From a virus, in IMG/VR virus record IMGVR_UViG_3300045988_133686, positions 46,838 to 110,837 of that record: DNA of 64,000 bases; one strand, 5' to 3'. A program made the position numbers and the translations under genes. Numbering within the stretch: the first letter of the stretch is position 1; each line of letters starts with the position of its first letter. The notes below the pieces were generated by a model. That model was not told the origin of the DNA, made no database searches, and saw nothing but the letters and a program-made list of their open reading frames with translations. Shown here piece after piece: positions 35,590 to 43,809 of the stretch.

Positions 35590-37510
35590 CTAATGGGTCT
35601 GGGATTGGATATGCCAGTGGTGATTTATACTCTCCTTTATCCCATCTATACTGGCGCCCGTACTCAGCGGGGGTTGTGAAGAACCGCCGTGACGGTACAT
35701 CGTAAAACATGCCGCAGGAGAAGCCAGCGCGACCGCGCAACCTATCCTTGAGCACCGTGATCTTCACATCAGACGGGTCTGGTGGGGCGATCATCTGCCC
35801 CTTCATATTGTATTTGCCTTCTTTTTCCTGTTTCGTGACGCGCCGCAGTGAGATGGTGCGGTGCGCAAGGTTAATGATATTACTGCTGCCAGCTAGGTCA
35901 TATAGGCCGACCTCAGTCCCGGCCATCATCTTGCGTGGGTGTGCCACCAGGATAACCGCAACGTCGTACTTCATCGCAAACTGAATAAGCTTACTGATCG
36001 CTTCCGTCTGTTTTTTCAGTTCGTCATTCGCGCCCGCACCAATGTCAATCGTCATCAGGTTGTCGAGGATGAGCAGCTTGACTCCGTACTTGCGCACCAC
36101 ATCAGTCATACTGCCGATCAGATCATCCAGCTTGTTGCTATCGTTGTCGTTATAGACGTACCACTGGCCACGGTAGTAATCATTCATATCACGCTTAACG
36201 CTGGGGTCAACCTTGAAGTAGTGTGCGCCGTTACTATCATAGTGTTCTGTCAGATGGCGCGGACCAGCGAGGATATAGCTGAACCAGTTTTTACTCATCC
36301 AGCCCGGCAGTTCTCGACTGAACAGCCAGCAGTTATGGCCTGTATCCATGGCGTTACACACGGTCTGATAAAGAAAGCTCGTCTTACCGGCGCCGGGCAT
36401 ACCGGACACAATCGTGAGCGTCCCGTAAAACAACCTCATGAGTTCTTTATCGATCGCTTCAATGCCGAACTGCACGCCGTCAATCTGGTCTAGGTCTACG
36501 TCATCGATGTCTGAGAGGTCGGTTACACTTGCAACCGGCGTGTCCTTGGCGTTCAGGATTGCGGACAGCAAGGCGTCTTTGCCGCCGTAATACAGCACTT
36601 CATTCAGATCTTTGACCTTGACGACCTCACCTGTTTCTTTGTTGGTCATCTCCGACGGAATTTGCACATACTTCGTGCGCCACGATCCAAGTCGGTTGAC
36701 TACTTCCTTATTCATCTTCTGCCCTGGCTCGTCATTATCGCCAGCCACGATAATACTGTCGAACTGCTCAAGGAAATCCCAATTCTCTTCGATCCATGTG
36801 AAGTTGTTTGCCCCAAACGGAACGCTTACTGCGTTATGATAACCGGCTTCAATGGCCGCAAGCGTGTCCATCTCGCCTTCGCAGCACAGTAGCGGAGAAT
36901 CGGTATTGACGCGATTCATATTAAAAAGGAGCGGGGTTGTGTCCGCTCCTCTTTGTGCCCACATCTTTGATTCGCCCGCCGCCTTGTTGATCTTGTGGGA
37001 CGGCCGGTACTTTACGTTCGTCAAGACGTCGTTCAGGTCATAGTAATTAAACACACAATTCCCGTGAGCATCTTCCCGCACGTCGGCATAATCTACCGTG
37101 CTCTGACTAATACCGCGTGTCTTCATATAACAGTAAACATTCTCTTTGTTATTTAGAGGCTCTTCATGCGGATATTTGTAATCCCGCTTCGACGGCACTC
37201 CTTGCTCCCCAAATACATAGGGGACGTCCGCCGCCTTAAACAGTTCCTGCACAGCATCCAGAAACGAGATGTTCTGCCCGCGCATCGCCGCCTCAATAAA
37301 GTCAAAAGATGCCCCGCATCCGAAGCACTTGCATCTATGTCTCTTGGTATCGTAGATAAATGACGCAGTATCTTCGTGATGTACGGGGCATTTGCATTTC
37401 ATGCGCGTTTCATCGATCTCGTCAACGTTTAGGAACTTTGTGATAAACAGGAAGTTTTGATCCCCAAGTTTTTCTTTGGCCTTTTGTATAAGCTCCTTTT
37501 CGACCAGCAT
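35558..37510 (-). CDS. bifunctional DNA primase / DnaB-like replicative helicase
   Basis: CHC2 zinc finger CKCPVHHEDTASF...CFGCGASFD, Toprim-like EGEMD...DND, Walker A GMPGAGKTSF; ATG 37510 after AAGGGAGAAG. Confidence 0.85.
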   Translation of the reverse strand: MLVEKELIQKAKEKLGDQNFLFITKFLNVDEIDETRMKCKCPVHHEDTASFIYDTKRHRCKCFGCGASFDFIEAAMRGQNISFLDAVQELFKAADVPYVFGEQGVPSKRDYKYPHEEPLNNKENVYCYMKTRGISQSTVDYADVREDAHGNCVFNYYDLNDVLTNVKYRPSHKINKAAGESKMWAQRGADTTPLLFNMNRVNTDSPLLCCEGEMDTLAAIEAGYHNAVSVPFGANNFTWIEENWDFLEQFDSIIVAGDNDEPGQKMNKEVVNRLGSWRTKYVQIPSEMTNKETGEVVKVKDLNEVLYYGGKDALLSAILNAKDTPVASVTDLSDIDDVDLDQIDGVQFGIEAIDKELMRLFYGTLTIVSGMPGAGKTSFLYQTVCNAMDTGHNCWLFSRELPGWMSKNWFSYILAGPRHLTEHYDSNGAHYFKVDPSVKRDMNDYYRGQWYVYNDNDSNKLDDLIGSMTDVVRKYGVKLLILDNLMTIDIGAGANDELKKQTEAISKLIQFAMKYDVAVILVAHPRKMMAGTEVGLYDLAGSSNIINLAHRTISLRRVTKQEKEGKYNMKGQMIAPPDPSDVKITVLKDRLRGRAGFSCGMFYDVPSRRFFTTPAEYGRQYRWDKGEYKSPLAYPIPDPLDEVFGGDKAE

Positions 37511-38297
37511 CCGGCGCTTCTCCCTTCTTACTGCGCGGGCACAAATTACCCACAGAACACAGCGTATCGCAGAAGAAGTCGCCGTGATCTTCTCCTGCCA
37601 GTTCAACTTTATCTAAGAATTGTTCGTCGGCGTACATCGCATTAATCGTATCAATGAACCACTGTTCCGCGGCCTGCATCTCATGCAGATCGAACTTAAT
37701 TACCTCATGCTGGCGTGCTCGGAACATATTGAACTCCATCTCGATTGGGTACTCCCCATAATTGTCGAATACCCAACGAGCGTAAAGGTAAAGCTGGAGG
37801 GCGTAATGCTTTTTCTCTTCATCGCTCTTAAAAGATCCTTTGCTCTTAAAGTCAACGACCTTAAAGTGCCCATCCTTGTCACGCAGCAACAAGTCGATGA
37901 ACCCGATGAATGGACGTCCTTGGATTTCCAACGTAACTTTTATTTCTGCACCAACGACTTCATAATCCGCGTAGTCGCCCTCGAACATATCAAAGAACTC
38001 TTTGCCGTTCTTGTAATAGCCCGCGCCCATCTTGGCGAATGGAAACGGTGTTGGCACAGCCTCATCATATTCAGATTCATAAGCTGCGCTCAACTCATAA
38101 AACTCCAACTTATGTGTGTAATACCGCTCAAACAGTGAATGGCACAAGCTCCCCCACTCGGCAAACGCATTGCTATCCTTATCTGCCTGCTGCAAATACT
38201 CCAGATAAAACATCCGCGGGCAAGTGCTGTAAGCATTCACCCGCGAAAAGCTCCACGTCATGCCGTCAAGGAGAAAATCCTTATCGGCCTTGTTCAT
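37422..38297 (-). CDS. PD-(D/E)XK nuclease, Cas4/RecB-like with Cys cluster
   Basis: N-terminal C (STCPRMFY), GFIDLL...VVDFKS...QLYLY nuclease core, C-terminal CDTLCSVGNLC. Confidence 0.75.
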   Translation of the reverse strand: MNKADKDFLLDGMTWSFSRVNAYSTCPRMFYLEYLQQADKDSNAFAEWGSLCHSLFERYYTHKLEFYELSAAYESEYDEAVPTPFPFAKMGAGYYKNGKEFFDMFEGDYADYEVVGAEIKVTLEIQGRPFIGFIDLLLRDKDGHFKVVDFKSKGSFKSDEEKKHYALQLYLYARWVFDNYGEYPIEMEFNMFRARQHEVIKFDLHEMQAAEQWFIDTINAMYADEQFLDKVELAGEDHGDFFCDTLCSVGNLCPRSKKGEAPDAGRKGAYTKGQRKTWGSKLPVYHKVPKR

Positions 38298-38299
38298 TT

Positions 38300-38650
38300 T
38301 TAGAACGGCAGCTCGTCTTCATGTACACCAGCGGCGGGAGCAGCAGGCTTCGACGCGGCGTTGCGAGGAGCAGTTTCCTCGAAAGAGTACATGGTGTAAT
38401 TGGTGTACAGCTTGCCCTTTTCCTTATCATATTTATTAGTCACGGCAAAGTCACCGACTTTGATGCGTGAGCGGGCAGGTAGTTCAGCGATACGCCTGGC
38501 GTCTCCGGCCAGTGTTACCCAATCGCTCCAATCCTGTACATAATCATCGGAATCCTTAACCTTGCGCCTGGTGGACATACGCGCCTCAATAAATCCGTTG
38601 TGCTCACGGGTTTCCCAAACGGTGGCATACGCATTGACTCTCATGCTCAT
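38300..38650 (-). CDS. ssb: single-stranded DNA-binding protein
   Basis: 116 aa, Pro/Ala-rich linker and acidic C-terminal tip HEDELPF (canonical SSB DDDLPF-type tail). Confidence 0.75.
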   Translation of the reverse strand: MSMRVNAYATVWETREHNGFIEARMSTRRKVKDSDDYVQDWSDWVTLAGDARRIAELPARSRIKVGDFAVTNKYDKEKGKLYTNYTMYSFEETAPRNAASKPAAPAAGVHEDELPF

Positions 38651-38652
38651 AA

Positions 38653-39420
38653 TTACTTATCCTCTTTCTTCAGTTCATCAATAAGTTTCATAACCTTTTC
38701 GCAGTCTGCAACAGAGGTCAGCGAGTTGGGGTTCGCACTCTTACACACTTTCTTGCAACATGCGAACACTCTGTCCTTGCCGAGTTCTTCGGACTTTTCC
38801 TTCATATAAGCCAATACCTCGGCACGCTTGTCTGCCAATTCCTTACTGACTTCTTCGCCTTTGTTTCTACCGCCGGTTTTACCAGCCGCCGTGTTGCCGT
38901 CATCATCTGCTTCGCCATGCGTCGCCAGAATAGGATTAATAGCGCCGCGGCGTGCATATGTAAGTGCTGCAATGACGCCCTGCGCGTCTCTCTTGGTAGT
39001 CGGCACACCAAACGGCGGGTATACCATGACGCCGCCCTCACCGTGCATCAGGATTGTCTGGGCGTAAATAAATCCATCATCACCATTGATAGGCACTTGC
39101 GTCAGACCAAGGTTATACTTCGACAATACGGGGCGGGTCGCATTCAATACTTCGTCAAGCGGTGTGTACTTAGACTGGGTAAAGGGATTCAGCTTTGTTG
39201 TGGTCGGGTTCTGAACCTCTCCGATGTATTTTACGAAGTCACGCAACATCGCAGTGCGCTGCTCGTCAGTGCCGTAAAATCGGATATTGTTCTCGGCCGC
39301 AAGTTCAGTAAACCTAGGCTCGTACCAAGTCAGTTCGTCCTCAAATGCGGTCTGCGGTTCATCGTTCGTAGCTTCGTTTACGGGTTCAACGGTCAATTCG
39401 TTTTTCATCTCTTCACTCAT
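38653..39420 (-). CDS. ERF-family single-strand annealing recombinase
   Basis: KLNPFTQSKYTPLDEVLNATRPVLSKYNLGLTQ matches ERF core (NPFF.SKYA.L..V.....L...GL...Q); RBS AAAGGAGA. Confidence 0.75.
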   Translation of the reverse strand: MSEEMKNELTVEPVNEATNDEPQTAFEDELTWYEPRFTELAAENNIRFYGTDEQRTAMLRDFVKYIGEVQNPTTTKLNPFTQSKYTPLDEVLNATRPVLSKYNLGLTQVPINGDDGFIYAQTILMHGEGGVMVYPPFGVPTTKRDAQGVIAALTYARRGAINPILATHGEADDDGNTAAGKTGGRNKGEEVSKELADKRAEVLAYMKEKSEELGKDRVFACCKKVCKSANPNSLTSVADCEKVMKLIDELKKEDK

Positions 39421-39510
39421 AAAAAATCTCCTTTTGTTTTATAGGCACGGAAATAAACCGCACCTGGAGGTGATCGGTACATATTCATTTATCTCACTCC
39501 TTGTGTCTGT

Positions 39511-39541
39511 ATTATACCACATGAGGTTGGCTGTGTGTGGG
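39511..39541 (-). promoter_or_regulatory. extended -10 promoter TGTGGTATAAT with upstream CCCACACAC motif
   Basis: Minus strand CCCACACAC-N11-TGTGGTATAAT, about 90 nt upstream of the ERF gene start. Confidence 0.5.
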
Positions 39542-39552
39542 CATATAAGAAA

Positions 39553-39575
39553 AGATATCCCAAGTTGGGATATCT
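39553..39575. repeat. 23-bp perfect palindrome, copy 2
   Basis: AGATATCCCAAGTTGGGATATCT; overlaps TAG stop of the FNT gene. Confidence 0.9.
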
Positions 39576-40176
39576 AAATCAAATAACGATGGACAGTTCT
39601 TGCGCCAAGAGTGTTGCCAAGCAGCGCCGCGAAAAAGAACAGCGGTGCGCGCCACCAAGTTATATCCGCTACCGGAACACACAACATATAATAGAAGAAA
39701 TCGGCAATACTGTGCTCAAATCCGGAGAGAATAAAAGTTGTTACGCAAAAGGTAATGATGAGAATCTTGCCAGCCGTATCGGTGGCCGACATCGAAGCTC
39801 GAACGGCTGTATACATTAGCACGCCACAGCAATACGCTTGAGAAAAGACGACCACCCACGACTTTGTGAGTTTTGCTTGGACGAGCGGCAATGCCACGCA
39901 TGTGATATCCTCATTGGTTGCGTTCACAAGGATAGCACACGCCACCGCTCCGCAGCAGTTTCCAAGTAGAATCCAAAATACATCTTCCCAATCTTGCTTA
40001 TGCTCGACAAAGCCAATACTTCCTGTGAAAAGTTTCGCCCCGGTCAATACAATGCTATTAAGGGCAATAGAAAAGAGCACTGCCGCAAGAATCGGTTGCT
40101 CTTTGAAAAGCGTGAGATAAATAGTGCCTCCGATACCAATGAATAGGCCGCCGATCACGCCGCGCTTAATCATCAT
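39574..40176 (-). CDS. formate/nitrite transporter (FNT) family channel protein
   Basis: GGLFIGIGG, TGAKLFTGS, LLGNCCGAV, SGFEHSIADFFY, LLGNTLGA match FNT signatures (..GAELFTGN.., GFEHSIANM); ATG 40176 after GGGGAG. Confidence 0.7.
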   Translation of the reverse strand: MMIKRGVIGGLFIGIGGTIYLTLFKEQPILAAVLFSIALNSIVLTGAKLFTGSIGFVEHKQDWEDVFWILLGNCCGAVACAILVNATNEDITCVALPLVQAKLTKSWVVVFSQAYCCGVLMYTAVRASMSATDTAGKILIITFCVTTFILSGFEHSIADFFYYMLCVPVADITWWRAPLFFFAALLGNTLGARTVHRYLI

Positions 40177-40477
40177 AAGACTCCCCACTGACAATCTTTG
40201 TAAGCAATTCCCAGTCGCATTTTGAGTTGAGCCATTTAGTGAAGCAAGCGGCACAATCATTGTTTGTCTTTGACGCGCAGTTAACATCCAAACTCCCAGG
40301 CGGACATCCAAAGTTACACAAAAACTCCGCCAGTGCTTCAGGTGTTAGCACAGCTAAGGCATAGCGGTATGTTTTGTCGGAAGAGTCATACAAAATTCCG
40401 TCCTGCCGAAAGGTGTCTACCGCCGCGTTCCAACCATCAATCCAATCCTGTGTATGATATGTCCTTTTCTCAACCAT
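40166..40477 (-). CDS. hypothetical protein
   Basis: RBS AAGGAGGAA; 103 aa with Cys-rich C-terminal half. Confidence 0.5.
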   Translation of the reverse strand: MVEKRTYHTQDWIDGWNAAVDTFRQDGILYDSSDKTYRYALAVLTPEALAEFLCNFGCPPGSLDVNCASKTNNDCAACFTKWLNSKCDWELLTKIVSGESYDD

Positions 40478-40491
40478 GATAAGATTCCTCC

Positions 40492-40520
40492 TTGCTTATT
40501 TCTGTGCGTAATGTTACTAT
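40492..40520 (+). promoter_or_regulatory. sigma-70-type promoter of the + strand moron
   Basis: TTGCTT - 17 nt - TACTAT, 17 nt upstream of ATG 40538. Confidence 0.5.
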
Positions 40521-40537
40521 TAATGTGAGGTGATATT

Positions 40538-41053
40538 ATGGCAGTATTCGAAATCGGTCAACCTTCTCCGCTCGGCAATACCATACCAGAAGGTGCAATC
40601 TGCGATATCGACGATAGCGGGTTACTCGTCGTGATGAACTTTGGAGTACCAACACTTGACGAACGCGCTGCATTTAAGACGGGCGCGCCGTATGAGTTCC
40701 GGCTCGTTAGGCTGCGCGGTGTATTATTCCTGCTGGCGCGTCTTGGCTCTATGCCATGGACAGATATGCCGTACAGTCCGCATCTCAGTAAATGCTCTGA
40801 GTTCCAATTCCCTGCGCCGAACACAGGCTATGCGACGACAACGGTGCTTATTGATAGTCGGTCGCACATCGTGCGCGGGCTACGATTGATTGGACTTAGC
40901 ACCTCTTTTTCCGCAAAGTTGTATGAAGAGGTAGTCGCCGATTTGCAGAAGCCATTCGATCATGCGGAATACCTGCAAAACATTAACGACGTTTACAACG
41001 CATATTCCACAAAAGATATGCTGCGATATAGTTTCGCGGCTTGTAAAGGCTGA
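40538..41053 (+). CDS. hypothetical protein (independently transcribed + strand moron)
   Basis: RBS GTGAGGTGA; 171 aa; own promoter and terminator; no recognised motif. Confidence 0.6.
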   Translation: MAVFEIGQPSPLGNTIPEGAICDIDDSGLLVVMNFGVPTLDERAAFKTGAPYEFRLVRLRGVLFLLARLGSMPWTDMPYSPHLSKCSEFQFPAPNTGYATTTVLIDSRSHIVRGLRLIGLSTSFSAKLYEEVVADLQKPFDHAEYLQNINDVYNAYSTKDMLRYSFAACKG

Positions 41054-41079
41054 GGACGGTATTACCCGTCCTCTTTTTC
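41052..41079 (+). terminator. rho-independent terminator
   Basis: GAGGACGG-TATTAC-CCGTCCTC followed by TTTTT. Confidence 0.7.
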
Positions 41080-41499
41080 TATAAAAAATTGTCGTATACT
41101 TTCCGGTGTGATCTCTGCTTTGCCTTGATGGTACGCATCTATCCACGGTGTTTGGCGCTGTGTTATTTCGGTTAGCATGGAAGACGAATATGCGCTACAC
41201 GCATCAACGATGTGTTCAATCCTCCTTTTGTCTGCTGATGAAAACTTATATGATATGTCATTCCTCGGCGGATAGATAAACGAATTGCCGTAAATATCAT
41301 ACTTCATATACACGCACGGAACCACCGGTCCAAAACTCCACGCTTCGATGCGCTCAAGGAAGCACTGTTTTTGCGCGCCAACTAAAAATTCAGCTTGAAT
41401 ATAGTATAGTATTTTTTATAACTTCAAATTTGTTACGATATTGCCTTGCGTGTAAGCATAATAAATAACATATTCAGCAATTTCTTGTACTTTATACAT
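41062..41499 (-). pseudogene. Panacea (DUF4065, SocA/PanA-like) antitoxin-domain gene interrupted by in-frame TAA
   Basis: ATG 41499: MYKVQEIAEYVIYYAYTQGNIVTNLKL-TAA(41418..41416)-KILYYIQAEF...ERIEAWSFGPVVPCVY...TPWIDAYHQG; family consensus has Q at the stop position (LKLQKLLYY). Confidence 0.7.
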
Positions 41500-41505
41500 A
41501 ACGTT

Positions 41506-41844
41506 TCACATGCAAAGTCGGTCATCCTCGCAAGAATCATTACCGCCTGCCAATTCTTTCAGCCGCTCCTCCATTCCGTCAAAGCAATGGGTGACATCAT
41601 TCACAAACTCTGCTTCTGTCTTCCCGTGAAATTTCAAGTTGTAACGCACGAACCGCTGAAACTCAGGCGTAATATCATCCGGCCACTCTCCCGCACAGGC
41701 AACACCAGAGACAATCAAATCATAAGGCTCGTAATGATGAGCTGCGCAATCATCACAACACCAATACGACAGGGAACCAAAGGCAGACGGCATAGCAAAT
41801 ACACCCTCCTTTTTCCCGCACACTTCACAGATTTCATTGTCCAA
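41506..41844 (-). CDS. Cys-rich hypothetical protein, operon partner of the Panacea gene
   Basis: 112 aa; CEVCG...CCDDC zinc-ribbon-like N-terminus; stop 6 nt before Panacea ATG. Confidence 0.55.
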   Translation of the reverse strand: MDNEICEVCGKKEGVFAMPSAFGSLSYWCCDDCAAHHYEPYDLIVSGVACAGEWPDDITPEFQRFVRYNLKFHGKTEAEFVNDVTHCFDGMEERLKELAGGNDSCEDDRLCM

Positions 41845-41863
41845 TGTACTAAGACCTCCTCAA

Positions 41864-42109
41864 TTATTTCTTACTGGCATAACTGCAATAATCATCCGCG
41901 CACACTTCCATGCTGCCAAGGAGTCGCGTACACCAATGCTTATCGAGCAGTATATCCGGCTTATCCCACTTACAATCTTGGCAGGTAGTCGGTAGACGCA
42001 TAGCTACCTCTCTTAATAGATCCCCCATATCAATAGGAATCTCCCATTCATTCGCATCGCACCAATCTGCATATTCGGTAAGCTTTGCAATTAACTCTTT
42101 ATTTGTCAT
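41864..42109 (-). CDS. hypothetical Cys-containing protein
   Basis: 81 aa; part of tightly coupled small-gene array. Confidence 0.5.
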   Translation of the reverse strand: MTNKELIAKLTEYADWCDANEWEIPIDMGDLLREVAMRLPTTCQDCKWDKPDILLDKHWCTRLLGSMEVCADDYCSYASKK

Positions 42110-42111
42110 TC

Positions 42112-42291
42112 TTATTTTCCTTCCTGCAAACTTAATTCATAGCATTTTCTACACATTGTTTCTAGTATTTGAAAATATGTCTTATCTCTAGTAAATTTAT
42201 TAAAATAAGACTCTACGTCACAGCCACATACTATATATACAGGCTCATTATGCGCTAATACCTTACCACATTTTGTGCAGATATTTATCAT
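42112..42291 (-). CDS. small zinc-ribbon protein (59 aa, below cutoff), paralog of 42288..42494
   Basis: MINICTKCGKVLAHNEPVYIVC...MCRKCYELSLQEGK versus MRMPNTCVKCGKVFAHNEPVYMAY...MCRQCYELSMQEACKE; ATGA overlap. Confidence 0.6.
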   Translation of the reverse strand: MINICTKCGKVLAHNEPVYIVCGCDVESYFNKFTRDKTYFQILETMCRKCYELSLQEGK

Positions 42292-42494
42292 TCTTTACAC
42301 GCCTCCTGCATACTTAATTCATAGCATTGTCTACACATTAATCCTAATATCTGAAGATTCGATGACGAGCCGCCCATTCCACCTCTAGTAAAATCCTCAG
42401 AATGGAAATCTACGACGCGGCCATACGCCATGTATACAGGTTCGTTATGGGCGAATACCTTACCACATTTTACGCAAGTATTTGGCATTCTCAT
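42288..42494 (-). CDS. small zinc-ribbon protein
   Basis: CVKCG ... CRQC pair of CxxC motifs. Confidence 0.55.
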   Translation of the reverse strand: MRMPNTCVKCGKVFAHNEPVYMAYGRVVDFHSEDFTRGGMGGSSSNLQILGLMCRQCYELSMQEACKE

Positions 42495-42514
42495 TTTCCT
42501 CCTGCATATTTAAT

Positions 42515-42739
42515 TTATAGAATTGTTGGATATCTTATTTCGTATGTTGCGTACGCACCAGTTTCTTCACACCGAACCTCAATGAACTGCGGCCATTTCT
42601 CATATGGGTTATATTGTTTACAAGGTATAATTTTCAAGTTAGCAAAATGACTTTGCTCACACTCTTCGCAATCACTCTTATCGCTGTATATAGCGCCGCA
42701 TATCTCACAAACATATTTTGTTTCTACTTTCATCAACAT
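42515..42739 (-). CDS. small zinc-ribbon protein
   Basis: CEICG...CEEC motifs at N-terminus. Confidence 0.5.
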   Translation of the reverse strand: MLMKVETKYVCEICGAIYSDKSDCEECEQSHFANLKIIPCKQYNPYEKWPQFIEVRCEETGAYATYEIRYPTIL

Positions 42740-42812
42740 TCATCTCCTTAATCTCTTTATTAACTATTATAGACCAGTACGGCAATAATCTTGGCGCTGA
42801 ACTCATAAATAT

Positions 42813-43199
42813 TCAAACGTTCCTGACATCTTCCGTCCTGCGCGCCAGCATAATTCGATCATTGGCGGCCTTGGTCTGCAAGCTGCCATTTTCGTAACGA
42901 GCAATGGCATTATCATCCTCTCCAACCATACGAGCAAATGCAACTTGCGAAATGCCGTATTGTTCACGGATGGCCTTGATTTCTTCTGGCTGCAAAAGCC
43001 CGTGGCGACTGCGATATTTTGCATAGGCTTTACGGAGATTGTCATCATCGTATTCTTCGGTCATGATTTCCTCACCACAATGCGCGCACGTGCAAACGGT
43101 TGCATCAATGGTGAATGGCTCTCCTCTCACAAGATATGTTTCTTCTTTCTGGACAAGAAGCATCTCTTGTTCACAGTTACAGACGGGACAATACTTCAT
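42813..43199 (-). CDS. MqsA-like zinc-finger + XRE-HTH protein
   Basis: N-terminal CPVC...CAHCGEE (YgiT-type zinc finger) and C-terminal IREQYGISQVAFARMVGEDDNAIARYENG HTH, the MqsA antitoxin architecture. Confidence 0.65.
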   Translation of the reverse strand: MKYCPVCNCEQEMLLVQKEETYLVRGEPFTIDATVCTCAHCGEEIMTEEYDDDNLRKAYAKYRSRHGLLQPEEIKAIREQYGISQVAFARMVGEDDNAIARYENGSLQTKAANDRIMLARRTEDVRNV

Positions 43200-43360
43200 T
43201 TTTTATTCACTATCCTTTTTAAGAGTTCAAGCCAACAATCTCTACATAAATCACCAGTAGTACCAGTAGAGAGACTTCCATTTAACTTATAAGTTATAGT
43301 GCCATCTTCTCCATAATACATAATTTCCTTTCCACATCTATCGCAGAATGTTTTAATCAT
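43196..43360 (-). CDS. small zinc-ribbon protein (54 aa, below cutoff)
   Basis: MIKTFCDRCGKEI...DLCRDCWLELLKRIVNKK; ATGA overlap with downstream MqsA-like gene. Confidence 0.5.
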   Translation of the reverse strand: MIKTFCDRCGKEIMYYGEDGTITYKLNGSLSTGTTGDLCRDCWLELLKRIVNKK

Positions 43361-43509
43361 AATTTCTTCATTTTTCCTCCGCTGATAAAAAACTTATGCA
43401 AGGCATCAATTGGTGTACAAAACATTAAGAGTAAACGTAAGCGCTGCCATTCAGTAAACTTACAGCCGAGCAGTGTCTCACAACAATCAATATCTCGTTT
43501 CGTTATCAA
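43357..43509 (-). CDS. possible small protein (50 aa, TTG start)
   Basis: TTG 9 nt after AGGGGGG; ATGA overlap with downstream gene; weak support. Confidence 0.3.
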   Translation of the reverse strand: MITKRDIDCCETLLGCKFTEWQRLRLLLMFCTPIDALHKFFISGGKMKKL

Positions 43510-43528
43510 TAAATAATACCCCCCTAAT

Positions 43529-43789
43529 TTAAGACTGAACTAAAACCGCAGGTGGAAATTTGTCAACTACGCTCCAGTCTAGTTCTTGCCCACAATACGG
43601 GCATCTTTCTAGCTCGCGCGCCCTCAAATAATATCTATTATCGTAATCTTCATAACCGTCGAAAAAAAGCCTTCCGCATCTGGGGCATTCGAACGGGTTC
43701 CATTTTTCTGCAACAACACACATCGGACGGTTAATATCTTCCAAGGCTTGTGCGTAACCCCGCTGAAAATCCGATATTGAATCCGTCAT
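43529..43789 (-). CDS. small zinc-ribbon protein
   Basis: ATG 43789 after GGGAGA; CPRCG ... CPYCG motifs. Confidence 0.55.
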   Translation of the reverse strand: MTDSISDFQRGYAQALEDINRPMCVVAEKWNPFECPRCGRLFFDGYEDYDNRYYLRARELERCPYCGQELDWSVVDKFPPAVLVQS

Positions 43790-43809
43790 ACTTATTCTCC
43801 CTATGACCA

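Noticed and set aside
37422-37510. 89-nt overlap between the Cas4-like nuclease and the primase-helicase as a sign of a frameshift or fusion
   Set aside because: Both ORFs are complete, with their own motifs, and the primase ATG 37510 has a good RBS. The overlap is most simply a long C-terminal tail of the nuclease.
41416-41418. Stop-codon reassignment (TAA read as Gln) as explanation for the interrupted Panacea gene
   Set aside because: The phage tRNA-Gln has the normal UUG anticodon, not UUA. Many well-defined genes in the window (for example int) terminate at TAA without plausible extensions, and no suppressor tRNA was found.
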